From Paraspadella gotoi (lineage: Eukaryota; Animalia; Chaetognatha), in NCBI GenBank assembly GCA_051294375.1, contig CM119270.1, positions 21,816,519-21,880,518 of the forward strand: a DNA stretch of 64,000 nt. Reading direction: 5' to 3'. The position numbers were made by a program, and so were the translations under genes. Position 1 is the first letter of the stretch; every line of letters starts with the position of its first letter. The notes under the pieces are model-generated. The model searched no databases, was not told the origin of the DNA, and was given only the letters and a program-made list of their open reading frames with translations. Of the stretch, positions 24,307 to 37,993 are shown piece after piece.

Positions 24307-24585
24307 GGCCTTATTTTCCCAGAACGACCCATGTTATATTAAATTTTAAGTTTTTTTCTTAATTAGGTTAAAGATTAAGGTTAAAGATTAGGTTTGGGAT
24401 TAGGATAGTGATTAAGCTTAGGGACTTGGTTTAGGATTAGGGTTAAAGGTTTGGGTTAAAAATTAGGAAAACGGGTTTAGGGTTAGGGATTGATTTGTAA
24501 GTTTAAAAATATATTTAATTTAAAGAATAAAATTAAATTTTAGGTTAATCAAATGTAAATGGGGCACTCTGGGAAAAGAAAGCCC
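24307..24585. mobile_element. MITE-like element with terminal inverted repeats and degenerate (TTAGGG)-like interior
   Basis: Left ggccttattttcccagaacgacccat and right atggggcactctgggaaaagaaagccc are imperfect inverted repeats; related copies at 22391-22689 and ~20150-20368. Confidence 0.65.
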
Positions 24586-24944
24586 ATTACCTCTTTCCCT
24601 CTAATGTCCCCTTTTCCATAAAGGTGACCCTTTTCCTTACTCGATGTTCCCCTTCCCTCCTGGACATACCCTTTTTCCCTAGATGTCCCTTTTTCCCAAA
24701 AGGAGTCCCCAATAGACCCCTTAAATGACCCCCCATCCCCCGGATGTAACCCCCTTCCCCCTTTGGAATTCCTCCCCCAATGCAAAACAAGGCAAATGAG
24801 GTGAAGGTCGAGGAGGAGGAGGAGGAGGAGGAGGAGGAAGCGATAATTCATGTTGATTCCTTTTCTTATTCTTTTAGATTTTGGAGGCAAAAGTCGAAGA
24901 AGACGAAGTCTAAGGACACGACGGTTGGAGGCGGACTTGGGTTA

Positions 24945-25205
24945 TAAATCTAAATCTAAGTATAAATCCAAATCTAAATCATGTAGATAAGGCGCTTAGT
25001 GGGCTCAGGACTACTATCCGTATCTTCTCTGATCAGCAATGGAACGGATCCTGGGCTTGTAACCCGGCTTGAGGGTTTTCCAGGACCCACAAGACGTTTT
25101 ACGGCCGTTCTCACGCTTCCGGCAGGGTAGGTACCAATGGGGATCGATCCGGGTACCTGAGGGTTATCATCTGATGGTATTACTCAAGAAACTACCGGGT
25201 GACGA
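24945..25205 (-). mobile_element. tRNA-derived SINE-like element (short copy)
   Basis: Minus strand: B-box-like cccggatcgatcccc, body shared with the 31455/55765 copies, 3' end gcgccttatcta followed by a (GATTTA)-like tail. Confidence 0.55.
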
Positions 25206-25847
25206 CTGAAGGTGTCATGCTTATAGGCGGGGTTAACATATTCCAATGCCCGACTACAATCTTTCTCTAATTCCACTAAATCCTAATCTAATGTAAGTTT
25301 AAATCAAACTATCACTGATTCTTACTTATTTTTAGAATGAATGGATAATTTTATAATGGTGTACCAATTTTTTAACATTTTCATATTTTTCATGCGATAA
25401 CGAAAGAATGAACAAAATACAAAATACAAAATACTCGATTAAATATCAATGTACGACAACATCTACTTAATAATGTCAGTCTAGAAATAACGACTTAAAT
25501 CTGTCTGGAAATGTCCGCCAGAAGATCGTTGCTTGCAAAAAGTGGGGGGTAAGAGAATTGATTGCTGGCGATTAGTGGTTTTTAATGTCCAAAGAGAATT
25601 CCACAGATTTCAAGACAGCGCGAATATTAATGCTCTATCTCTTTCTCTCNNNNNNNNNNNNNNNNNNNNNNNNNNNNNNNNNNNNNNNNNNNNNNNNNNN
25701 NNNNNNNNNNNNNNNNNNNNNNNNNNNNNNNNNNNNNNNNNNNNNNNNNNNNNNNNNNNNNNNNNNNNNNNNNNNNNNNNNNNNNNNNNNNNNNNNNNNN
25801 NNNNNNNNNNNNNNNNNNNNNNNNNNNNNNNNNNNNNNNNNNNNNNN

Positions 25848-25881
<34 letters not shown>

Positions 25882-26029
25882 AAAAAAGGAGAATGTGAGA
25901 CGATCAAAGAAATTCTGGTGTATTTTGTCGCCTGAGTCAATATTCATCGTACAAACCAACGAATTTTCTTTTTCTCTTTCTTTTTTCTAATTCCCTCTTC
26001 CTTTTTCCCTTTTATTTCTTTCCCTTTTT

Positions 26030-26893
26030 TCCTTTCTTTTCCTTTTTTCATTTCTTTTTTTTCTCTTCTTTGCCTTCATACCTCTCTTTCCCTTCACACC
26101 CTTTTATCTTTTCTTTCTATCTCTCTTTTCTCTCCTTTCTTTCATTCAATTTTTTGTCTCTCTCTCTTCCTTTTTCTCTTTGGCTTCCTTTCTTTCTCTC
26201 CTTTCATTCATTCCTTTTTTTGTCTCTCTCTCTTCCTTTTTCTCTTTGCCTTCCTTTCTTTTTTTCCTTTCTTTCTCTTCTTTCCTTTCTTTCCCAAATT
26301 GAAGAAGAAAAGATCTTCTTATCAGATTTGGTTTCTTCATTTCTCCTCCGACGTCGAATCTGAAAAAAAAAATAATGGAATTTAATTGAAAAAAAATTTA
26401 ACATTTTTTGTTTTGTTTATTTAATACAAAATAGTTTAATCCTAATCCTGTGTTTCGTCCCCCTCTTTTCTGTTTCTTGTCTTATTATCTTTTTTTAGTT
26501 CCCGCTCTCTCGTCTCTCGTCTCTCTCTCTCCTCTCTCTCTCTTCTCTCTCCCTCTCTCTCTCTCTTCTCGTCTCTCTCTCTTTTCTCTCTCTCTCTCCT
26601 CTGTTTCTTACTCCTAAATCTCATCTGTTGTCCTCTAACCTAAGTTTCGCTGTTTCCACTTCCATAATTTTTATGTTCTCTATCCACCGTCTTGTTTTTC
26701 TATCCACGATCCTCGTTATTTTCTGTCCACCGTCCTTTGTTTTCTATCCCTATTTCACCAATCTTGTCCCCTTTTTTCACTCGGGCATCGAGATTTTCGC
26801 TTTTAACCGGATTGTTCCTTCGACCTAGTATTGACAGAATCGTAGGTTTCACTTCTATCGCGACTTTCTCTCCTCTCTCTCTCTCTCTCTTCG

Positions 26894-26927
<34 letters not shown>

Positions 26928-28142
26928 CTCTTCTTCGTCTCTCTTCTCTCTTCTCTCTCTCTTCTCTCTCTCTCTCTCCTTCTCTCTCTCTCTCACAAAC
27001 CTTTTTTTTCTCATGTCAGCAGTTTCGTCCATTGAAATTTATCTCTGTCTGATTTTCTGTGTCTCAGATTTTTTCCATTTTCCATTTCCTGTCATTATTT
27101 TTCTGTCATTATTTCTGTAATTATTTTTTGTAATTTTTTTTGTCATTATATTCTGACACTATTTTTTGTCACTATTTCTGTCATTTTTTCCTCATCCTCT
27201 CGTTTTTTCTGTTTCTATCCCACTCTGTCNNNNNNNNNNNNNNNNNNNNNNNNNCCTTTTCTTTTCCTTTTTTCATTTCTTTTTTTCTCTTCTTTGCCTT
27301 CATACCTCTCCATTTCCCTTCACACCCTGTTTATCTTTTCTTTCTATCTCTCTTGTCTCTCCTTTCTTTCATTCAATTTTTTTGTTCTCTCTCTCTTCCT
27401 TTTTCTCTTTGGCGTTCCTTCGCTTCTCTCCTGTTTCATTCAAATTCTTTTTTTGTCTCTCTCTCTTCCTTTTTCTCTTGCCTTCCCTTTCTTTTTCCTT
27501 TCTTTTCTTCTTTCCTTTCTTTCCAAATATGAAGAAGGAAAAGATCTTTCTTATCAGATTTTGGTGTTCTTTCATATTCTCCTCCGGAGCGTCGATCTGA
27601 AAAAAAAAAAAATAATGGAATTTAATTGAACAAAAAAATTTAACTATTTTTTGTTTTTGGTTTATTTTAATACAAAATAGTTTAATCCTTAATCCTGTGT
27701 TGTCTGTCCCCCTCTTTTCTGTTTCTTGTCTTATTATCTTTTTTTAGTTCCCGCTCTCTCGTCTCTCGTCTCTCTCTCTCCTCTCTCTCTCTTCTCTCTC
27801 CCTCTCTCTCTCTCTTCTCGTCTCTCTCTCTTTTCTCTCTCTCTCTCCTCTGTTTCTTACTCCTAAATCTCATCTGTTGTCCTCTAACCTAAGTTTCGCT
27901 GTTTCCACTTCCATAATTTTTATGTTCTCTATCCACCGTCTTGTTTTTCTATCCACGATCCTCGTTATTTTCTGTCCACCGTCCTTTGTTTTCTATCCCT
28001 ATTTCACCAATCTTGTCCCCTTTTTTCACTCGGGCATCGAGATTTTCGCTTTTAACCGGATTGTTCCTTCGACCTAGTATTGACAGAATCGTAGGTTTCA
28101 CTTCTATCGCGACTTTCTCTCCTCTCTCTCTCTCTCTCTTCG

Positions 28143-28176
<34 letters not shown>

Positions 28177-28530
28177 CTCTTCTTCGTCTCTCTTCTCTCT
28201 TCTCTCTCTCTTCTCTCTCTCTTCTCATCTATCTCTCTCTCTCTCACAAACCTTTTTTTTCTCAATGTCAAAGCAGTTTCGAGAATCCAAATGTGAAAAT
28301 TATCTACTTTTGGTACTTGTGAAAATAGGAGAGTTTGCTCTTGTCTCACGATTTTTGTCCATATTTCCATTTCCTGTCTTATTATTTTGTTCTGTCATTA
28401 TTTCTGTAATTATTTTTTGTAATTTTTTTTGTCATTATATTCTTGACACTACTTTTTTGTTCACGTGGATTCTGTCATTTTTTGCCTCATCCATCTCTGT
28501 TTTTTTCTGTTTTCTATCCCACTCTGTCCT
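26030..28530. repeat. ~1.25 kb tandem duplication across the N gap at 27230
   Basis: Identical ORF translations at 26628..26828 and 27877..28077; single copy in the 46-47.5 kb version of the locus. Confidence 0.85.
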
Positions 28531-28721
28531 TTTGCTCTCTCTTCCCCCTCCTCTCCTCTCCCCTTCCTTCTCTCTCCCTCTCTCACTCTCCCGCCTCTCA
28601 CTCTCTCCCCCTCTTTCTCTCCCCTTCCCCTTCTCCCTCTCTCCTCTCTCCCTCTCTCTCCCTCTCTCACCTTCTTGCTTCTCCAGTACCGTCTCTTGTC
28701 TTCCTTTTCTTCTTCCCTCAC

Positions 28722-29848
28722 TCCCCGGATGTCGAAGAACTCCAAACCTGGAAATAACTGACAGGAAGCCCGGATGTTATAGGAATTCATGGTTGACCCA
28801 GGATGTAACTGATGTTGACCGGCTTTTCTAGAAGTGGCCGACTGAGGATCCCGAATGTTATTTGTATCCACTGATGTTCCCGGTTGTAACTGGATTTGGC
28901 CGCAGACTTCGGGAGAAGCCGACTGAGAACCCCGGATGTAATTGCAATCGGCTAAAAAACCCGCTTGTAACTGGAGTTGACTGGGAAGTCTGGAAGAGGC
29001 CGACTGAGAACCCCGGATGTAATTGAAAACGGGCGAAAAATCCGGATGTAACTGGAGTTGGCCTGGATTCCAGAGTGAAGGGCAGAGGTTAGGGTCGGGC
29101 GGAGAGCGAGAGAGCGAGTCGCCGTCGAGAGAGAGCGAGTGGCCAGAGGAGGAGAGGGCGTCGCGATGGCGTCGCGAGAGAGAGACAGAGTCCGGAAGGA
29201 TAGAGAGAGAGCGACGACCTTTGCTCTGTCGGTCGGCGTCGAAACGACGCCGGGCGTCGTCGTCGTCGGATTTTCTTCGCTGGAATTTAGATTGGGGCGC
29301 CAACTTCCTTATTGGCGCTGCAAACTCGTGGACCGGCGCGACTGGACCGCGGATCAGCACCGGAAGCTCAGCGAATTTCGGGGTCGGCGCCGGAAGTTGG
29401 TGCAANNNNNNNNNNGCGTAGGCGTAGATCGGCGCCGTGGAATCGGGATGAGGCGCTGAGTGTTCGACGATGGTTTTCGGAAAGTCTTGAATTGGCGACG
29501 CAAACTCGTAAATTGGCGCTGTGGAGCCATTCCTCATTGGCTCCGCAAAGTCTGGTATCGGCGCTGGAATATCTTTGATTGGCGCTGTGGAGCCAATCCT
29601 CATTGGCTCCGCAAAGTCTTGAATCGGCGCTGCAATGTCTTTGATTGGTGCTGTGGAGCCAATCCTCATTGGCTCCGCAAAGTCTGGTATCGGCGCTGGA
29701 ATATCTTTGATTGGCGCTGTGGAGTCAATCCTCATTGGCGCTGCAATGTCTTGAATCGGCGCCGCAAATTCAAGGATCGGCGCCTCCGGTTTTGGAAAAG
29801 GCGCCGCGAATCCATAACAGAAATCTGGAGGAAATTGAAAGACGGTGT
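28722..29848 (-). CDS. Candidate large internal exon encoding a repeat protein (7/21-aa APIxDF repeats and four 27-aa QLQLxP..NYIRGSQSA repeats)
   Basis: Long pyrimidine tract + CAG|AC acceptor, GGA|GTGAGG donor, ~375 open codons (frame kept across a 10-N gap), repeat periods 21/63 and 81 nt are all multiples of 3. Confidence 0.55.
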
Positions 29849-30597
29849 CTGAGGAGGAGGTGGGGGAGGAGGAAGAGGAGGAGGAGGGAGGAAGAAGGGG
29901 AGGGAGGGGGAGAGAGAGAAAGGAGGAAGAGGGGTGAGGAAGAGGAGCAGGAGCAGCAGAGAAAGAGGCAAATAGGGAGTGGAAGGAGTAGTTAAAAGAA
30001 AAGAAATAAAAAGAAAAAAAATATACAACAAAGTTAATTTTAAAACCAATTATTAAACAAAGTAGAAAGGATAAAAATTCGGGAATCAAAAAGAAGAAAG
30101 GAAAAAGAAAGAATGAAAAAAGTAAGAATAAAAATAAGAAAGAATAAAAAAGAAAGAATAAAAAAAAGAAAGAATAAAAAAGAAAGAATAAAAAAGAAAG
30201 AAAAAAAAGAGAGATCTCATACAGCATTTAAATGCTGTACTCAAAAACAAATCATTTTTCTTTTCTTATTCTGCAGTTTTACTTCACGTCCTCTTTGTGG
30301 CGGCGGCTGGCCTCTCTCTCTTTATCAGGCCGTCCGTCATCATACTCTACAAAAAGTAGGTTTCTTTGTTTAGCTACAACATATTAATAAAAAAACACTT
30401 TTTCCTCAAACTAAGTAGCTTTTCGTTCAATTACAAATACAAAGACTTGTTACAATTATTCGCTTTCTAACATCAACAAGAAAAAATATTAATTACACGC
30501 AATTTTATTCGTTACTAGAATTATTATTTATTAATAATTGTTAATTAGTCACTTGGTAAACGTGAAAAAACCAAAAAATGAAGTGAAAAGAGAGAGA

Positions 30598-30657
<60 letters not shown>

Positions 30658-30808
30658 GAGAGAGAGCAAAGAGAGAAAAGAGGGAGAAAGAGAGCAATTC
30701 CCTGCCTTTTCTTTCTCTCGATTAGTTAATTAACTGGAGGTAGACATGCCTCCCCTTCGTCTCGCTTCCTGGCGAGGAAAAACTCGTTCTGCTCTCTCTC
30801 TCTCTACT

Positions 30809-30855
<47 letters not shown>

Positions 30856-30959
30856 TGACTCCCTGGGATCTCTGTCCCCTCTCGCCTTCTCGTGCGAGAA
30901 ATGACAACGAGGGCTTGGGGAAGATGGGAAAGCAATGAAAGTGAAAGGGAGGAAAGGAT

Positions 30960-30992
<33 letters not shown>

Positions 30993-31454
30993 CTCTCTCT
31001 CTCCCTCTCTCTCTCTTCTCGTCCTCTCTCTCATCTCTCAAAAGCCTTTCTTCCGTTTTCCGTTGAAATTGAATTTTCCTCTTAATTTCGGTCATGAAAA
31101 AGAAACGAATCGAACGAGAGAGAGAGAAGAGAGAGAGGAGAAGACGAGAGAGAGTGAGAGGAGAGAGCATAATGTTCTTCTTTTTATTTATTATTATCTC
31201 ATTAAAGTATGACATTATAGCTTCTTTCGCTAGTTGACAAGAAATAAACTTTAAAAAATTTAAGACCCGATTTTAGTAATTTAAACAGAAATTTGGCCAC
31301 TATTTTCGGAATGCGTGTCCCATTTCTGTTCTAAGCCCTGGATGTAATGTATGTTTAATTTGTATAATTTGTAAAACGGTAATTTTGGTAAAATATGGAG
31401 TTGGGCATTGCATACAGTTTCACCCCGCTTATAAACATGACGCACTTCACATCG

Positions 31455-31940
31455 CAAGCACCGTGGCTATTACTAAAATCTTCAGCTCATGACCGTCGAG
31501 GTACCCGGTCTCGATCCAACCCGCTTACCTATCCTTTGGTTGACCGTGTTAGGGACGACCGTTAAACCACGTATGGGGGCGTGAATAACCTTCAAAGCAT
31601 GGTTCTATGGTGGACTAAAACCAACCAACCGTTCTATCAGCGGCCATTGGTGCCGGAGGCAAGTCATTCGGCCTCCCATAATCCAAAGGTAGCGCAACTC
31701 AAACCAAAAGCCCTGTAGTCGCTTAGCATTAAGGGGACGGCGGCGCTTAACCCGCATGTAAACACGGTGTTACAACCTGATCCGAAGCTTCAGGGACTGC
31801 TTTAATTGAACTGGTTTTGTCACATAACACAAACAATAGATTACTGTCTCTTCAGTTCCAACCCCAGATCCGTTCCATGACTGCTAGAGGGGGTTAAAGA
31901 AGTTGCGGAGATCACTTAGCGCCTTATCTATAAATATTAT
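31455..31940 (+). mobile_element. tRNA-derived SINE-like element (long copy; same locus re-assembled at 43960-44465 and 55765-56228)
   Basis: caccgtggct..gaggtacccgg(t)tcgatcc head and gatccgttccatg..cacttagcgccttatcta end. Confidence 0.55.
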
Positions 31941-33637
31941 AATCTCAAATATACCCGACATTTTTTATGACGCAATTTGAAAATTTACGATGTCCACAAA
32001 AGATGACTTTGAGCGCCAATGAGTAATGGGCAGCGATTCTTTGGCGTCCACTTCGCGATACGGACACGGGTACGTGCAAAGGAAATATAATCAGTATAAA
32101 TGAGGTATCAGATTGACAATCCTAATGCGCGACGTGAAACTCTTACCTTTCGTGGGGCGTCGAATTTTGATTCTAGTTTTTTGAAAAACTTTTTTTGTTT
32201 TGTGTTTTATCAAAAAAAGTAAAAAAAAAAGTTTTTGTTTGGGTTTTATCAAAAAAAGTAAGAAAAAAAACTGTTTTTCGACAAAATAATGGAAATGTTT
32301 AAACTTTAAAAGAATATGATATTGAGTGGTTCACGGTTCAAAAATAATGAAAAAAAAATACTGTCTCTACTAAATTGGTAATTGAATAAGAAATTCAGGC
32401 TTTGGAGGTTTCATATTATAGCAAGCTTTTAACTAATTTAAGCTAGGATAATTCTGAGATTCGGTTACAAACTTATTTATTTGCTCATAAAACTAATTAA
32501 AACCTATAATTTGTAACTTAGATAATTAAGCATCTTCTTTCGTTGCTAAAGTCGTTAATTAAACAAAAAATATTCGTTGTAGTGTTACAAATTAAACGGT
32601 CCTGACGATATCGTAACCGCGATGTCAAAGCAAATTTCATTTCTAAAAGAAGAAAAATTTCTCTGGCGTTCGAAAATGACGAAAGAGAAAGAAAGATTAA
32701 TATTTAAATAATTCAGTTAAAAATTCGAGGCTGATATTAAATTCTTGGTTATGCAATTTAAGAAGGAAGGCAGGAGAAGAGAGAGATGAGGGAGAGTCGA
32801 GAGAGAGAGAGAGAAGAGAGAGAAGAGAGAGTCGGAACTATTAACTAAAAATATATAACCCTCAAAAAGAAATAAAATTTTCAAATAAAAATTTTCGTGT
32901 TTTGAAAAAAAAAAAAAGCATTTCGAGGTATAACTTTTTTACTGGAAAAAACAAAAAAAAACGAAAAAAAGGGAAAAAATCGTATTTCTGAGAAATAAGG
33001 TCAAAAAGAACGATGAGAAAATTTTTTTTTTCTTCTTTGAAAAAAAAATATTCCTTCTTTTTTTATCTCTGCGCGAGAAAATTTTTGATGTCAGCATTTT
33101 TAAAATTTTAAAAGATGGGTAGTTGCTTCAGTACGGGAAAAAAACAAGCATGATAAGATGCTTCGGGGCTTGGATATTGAATAATTATAAAGAGCGGTTG
33201 GCTTGTTGAGTCATTAACCTATTTGTTAATTGTTATGTATGTATACAATAATCAAGGCTTCACTAACTAAAATATTAGTTAGTCATTAAATCGGAAGGCT
33301 TAACATTACGGTTTCTTTCTGTCTGTTTGATTTAAATTTTATTTTATCGCGAGGCGGTGTACAAGGTTATCGTGATTACACCGAGTTAGTATTTTAATTT
33401 AAGATGTCTTGTAGACTGAGAACTTGCTAAGACATAAGTTGTACTCGTGATGATCTGACCCCGTCTAGATACGATCAAACGAATATAAAAGTCAATGAGC
33501 GAAACTCAGTTCCATGTTTAGTTATTTGCGAGAAAAAAGGAATAAAACAAATAAAAATGAGGAACGCGACATGTATATCACGAACAAACGAGAGAGCATC
33601 TCTCTCCCTCTCCCTTCCCTACTCCCTCTCCCTTCTC

Positions 33638-33732
<95 letters not shown>

Positions 33733-34211
33733 CCTCTCTCTCTTCGCAAACAAACAAAACAAAAAGGATTTATTGGTTTTTTTTTCGTTATCGTCAATTT
33801 CACGTGAACATAGGAGGCCACTTATGTTGCCACCCAAATCACCACACGATTCACTAGGCAGAAATGCCCACTCGAGATACAAGAACTCAAAACTGTTTTT
33901 AGTTGAAAAATAATTGTAATTAAAGAAAATTGTAAAAAATCACAATGGATTAATGTGTGCTCCATCATCGTCAACGCACATGCGCCCACTGATTATTGTC
34001 AGTGCCACCGCTTTGTCGGACGATGTCACAGCACCGCATCGCTTTTGGCCCTTGTCGCCATATTGTCCTCGTTGTGCTCGTCACACGTACCGCGTCACGT
34101 ACTCAGTGACAGCACCGCGCGCTACGCTGCATTCTCTGCTTCGTTTTTAATATTCGAAATTCACGACAAAATAATCCTTTTACTTAATTTCCCGTCTTAA
34201 TGCTCTCTCAC

Positions 34212-34316
<105 letters not shown>

Positions 34317-34632
34317 CTCTCCTACTCTCTCTCTCTCTCTCTCTCTCTTCATTTCCTTTTTTCAAAGAAGCTTCATATGGAGGAGGGAAAAGCAAGAGAA
34401 CTCTCGCATCGACGGAAGGTCGCGATGAATATTTATAATACACAGTGATTTAAATTTAAATGTAACTACTAATTTAAATACTATAGAGTATAATAAACAT
34501 TAAATATAGAAGTGATGAAGGAAAGAGCTCGAGCTTGGGCCTAACTAGGATGTCAGTGTTTCAATTACCAAAGGATTAATTTTTTAGTCATGGGGAGAGA
34601 GAGAGAGAGAGAAGGAGGAGAGAGAGAGAGAG

Positions 34633-34746
<114 letters not shown>

Positions 34747-34956
34747 ATTTATATATATTTTAAAAACATAATTTTATTTTTATACATCACGGCTTTTGTT
34801 AAATGCGAAGATTTAAAAGCGTCTGTTACTCAACTGGAATCATATTTACTTTCTCCGACAACAACAACAAAAACAACAACACCTTCATCTCGATGCATCG
34901 AACTTCGATGGAAAACAAGAAAATAAAATGAAAGAAGACGACGAAGAATTAGGTGC

Positions 34957-35037
<81 letters not shown>

Positions 35038-35106
35038 TTCTCTCTTTCTCTCTCTCTCTTTCTCACACACACATTGACGAGTCAACTTTAAATTTTAAAC
35101 CATCAG

Positions 35107-35285
35107 AACGAGAACATTTTCTCAAAACCTTTCCACGCCGCTGCCGCCGCCGCCGCGCACCGGCGCCACTGCCGCCCGCCGTCCTTTCCTCAGCGCCGCT
35201 CGTCGCGTCATCCGCGCCGAAAAACCGGAGGTGACGTCGACGCCCTCTCGGGATCAGTGGGCTTGTGGCTCTGACGCCGGTGGCA

Positions 35286-35322
<37 letters not shown>

Positions 35323-35951
35323 TGACAAAGTGTGACGCGAATCGCGACGAAAAAGAAGAATTCATTTATTATTTGTTGGACGACAGACAAGAAAGAAGAG
35401 AACAACAACAACAACAACGAGGAGGAGAGGAGGAGGAGGAGGAGCAGGACGACGACGACACAATGAAGGACGAACAGATGCGTTGGAAGAGACACGTTGA
35501 TATGGAAGGGAACCGTGGCAGATGCGTGGGAGGAAACCGTGGCAGATGCGAAACCGGACGTTACAATGATGAATGTCGACGTGACAGAGTTTAATCATGA
35601 CGAGACAGTGATAGAGAAAGACGTGACAAAGAAAAACAAGCGCGTGACAATGAAGAATGAGAACGTGGCACCGCCTCGTAGCCTAAAAGTGACAATGAAG
35701 AATGGAGTTGATTGTGGCAGAAGACAAAAAGTTGGAGACGAAGAAAACTCAACATGGAAACGACGACGACGACGACGACGATAACGATGACGATAATTAT
35801 CGAAAAGAGAATATCCCCGATTCGTTATCCCTTTTCAACACGTGTTCTCCATTCTGCCAAACCTAACTTTAAAAGTGATCGTTTCTTGTCTACATCAACA
35901 TCAATATCACGTACAACATCATGATGAGTATTTCAATCGATGAGGGAAAAG

Positions 35952-35986
<35 letters not shown>

Positions 35987-36061
35987 ACAACAACAACAAC
36001 CACAGCGTCTCCTAACCTCGAATCTCTCCGCAGTGGATTTCTCCCAATAATATTTTTCCAG
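35107..36061 (+). other. Frameshifted assembly copy of the 37884-38840 exon
   Basis: Same peptide segments spread over several frames; acceptor at 35106. Confidence 0.55.
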
Positions 36062-36086
36062 TATGGTTAGGGCGATTAAAGAGAGA

Positions 36087-36166
<80 letters not shown>

Positions 36167-36257
36167 TCTATCAAATAATGGTCTATTCTTTTCCTTGACA
36201 TCGATTTTTGATTGAATTCCGTTTAAAAATCTCTCTCTCTCTCTCTCTCTCGCTCTC

Positions 36258-36327
<70 letters not shown>

Positions 36328-37883
36328 TGTCTTCCCTTTCCCTTCTTCTTCTTCTCCTCCCTCCTCTCCTCCTCTTCCTCCCTCCCTTCCTCCACCTCCC
36401 CCCTTCCTCTCAATCCTCCCTTTTCCTCTCCTGCTCCTCCTCTTCCTCCCTCTTCCTTCCTTTCTTCTCCTTCTTTTCCTCCTTTCTTCCCTTTTCTTCT
36501 CCTCCTCCTCTTCCCTCTCCTTCTCCTCCTCCATCTCCTCCTCCTCTTTCCCTATCTTTCACTCTCCCTTCCTCTGCTTCCCTTCCTTTTTTCTCCTACC
36601 CTTCCACTTCCTCCCTTCGCCCTCCTCCTCCTTCCACCTCCCTCCCCTTTTTTACTCCTCCTCCTGCTCTTCTTTTCTTCTCCTCCTCCTCCTCCCCCTT
36701 CCTTCCCTTCTTCTCCTCCTCGGCCCTCTCCTCCTCTTTCTTCCTCCTTCCTCTTCTTATCCTCTTCCTCCTCCTCTTCCCTTAATTTTTTCTCCTCTTC
36801 CTCATCCCCCTCCCCCCTTTTCCTCCTCCTCCCCCTTCTCCTCCTCCTTCTCTCCCTTCTCCTCCTCCTCCTCCCCTTCCTCCCCTTCTTCTCCTCCAAT
36901 ATCTCTCGCTTCTTGATTTTCAATTATTTTTTTTCTCCGTCAAATTTCATCGCTTTTTTATTCTTTCTTTTTTTTATTCTTTCTTTTTTTTTATTCTTTC
37001 TTTCTTTTATTCTTTTTTTATTCTTCCTTTTTCTTATTCTTTCTTTTTTATTCTTTCTTGTTTTATTCTTTCTTTTTTTTTATCTCTTTTTTTATTCTTT
37101 TTTTTATTCTTTCTTTTTTTTTATTCTTCTCTTTTTTTTATTCTTTCTTTTTTTATTCTTCCTTTTTTCTTATTCTTTCTTTTTATTCTTTCTTGTTTTA
37201 TTCTTTCTTTTTTATTCTCTCTTTTTTATTCTTTCTTTTTTTATTCTTTCTTTTTTTATTCTTTCTTTTCTTATTCTTCCTTTTTTCTTATTCTTTCTTT
37301 TTATTCTTTCTTGTTTATTCTTTCTTTTTTATTCTCTCTTTTTTATTTTTTTTTTTCTTTCTTTTTTTTTATTTTTATTTTTTTATTCTTTCTTTTTTTA
37401 TTCTTCCTTTTTTCTTATTCTTTTCTTTTTTATTCTTTTTTTGTTTTATTTCTTTCCTGGGAAGATGGGTATCTAGCTAAAGGTAGGATACTAACTAGTC
37501 TTCCTCATCGACGGGGAAAAGAGGTAAGTAGGGTAAGTATGTAATGGTGATAGGAAAAACAGATATAAACAAAGGGTATCAAGGGTACATAAAAGGGAGA
37601 GAAGGGAGAGGGAAGGTTTGCAAAAACCCGAGACGAGAGAGAAGTGAGCTAAGTGAGTCCGGATCTCCAAGACTCTATCCGCGACTCCCGGGATGAAGAG
37701 GAGGGACGACGAGGGGAGGAGGAGGCGTTGAGAGGGGGAAGAGAAGGCCCGGGGGAGAGAGAGGTTCTGGCGGTAGGGTGAGCCTCTATCTTGCTTTCTT
37801 TTTTTTATTCTCTCTTTTTATTCTATTTTTATTCTTTCTTTTTTTTATTCTTTNNNNNNNNNNNNNNNNNNNNNNNNNCATAC

Positions 37884-37957
37884 CTGGAAAAATATTATTG
37901 GAGAGAAATCCACTGCGGAGAGATTCGAGGTTAGGAGACGCTGTGGTTGTTGTTGTT

Positions 37958-37993
<36 letters not shown>

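Noticed and set aside
24360-24490. True telomere or chromosome fusion site
   Set aside because: The repeats are highly degenerate and enclosed by TIRs of a dispersed element.
36208-37476. Long Leu/Phe/Ser ORFs (also 20423-21460 and 50128-51549)
   Set aside because: Translations of pyrimidine microsatellites.
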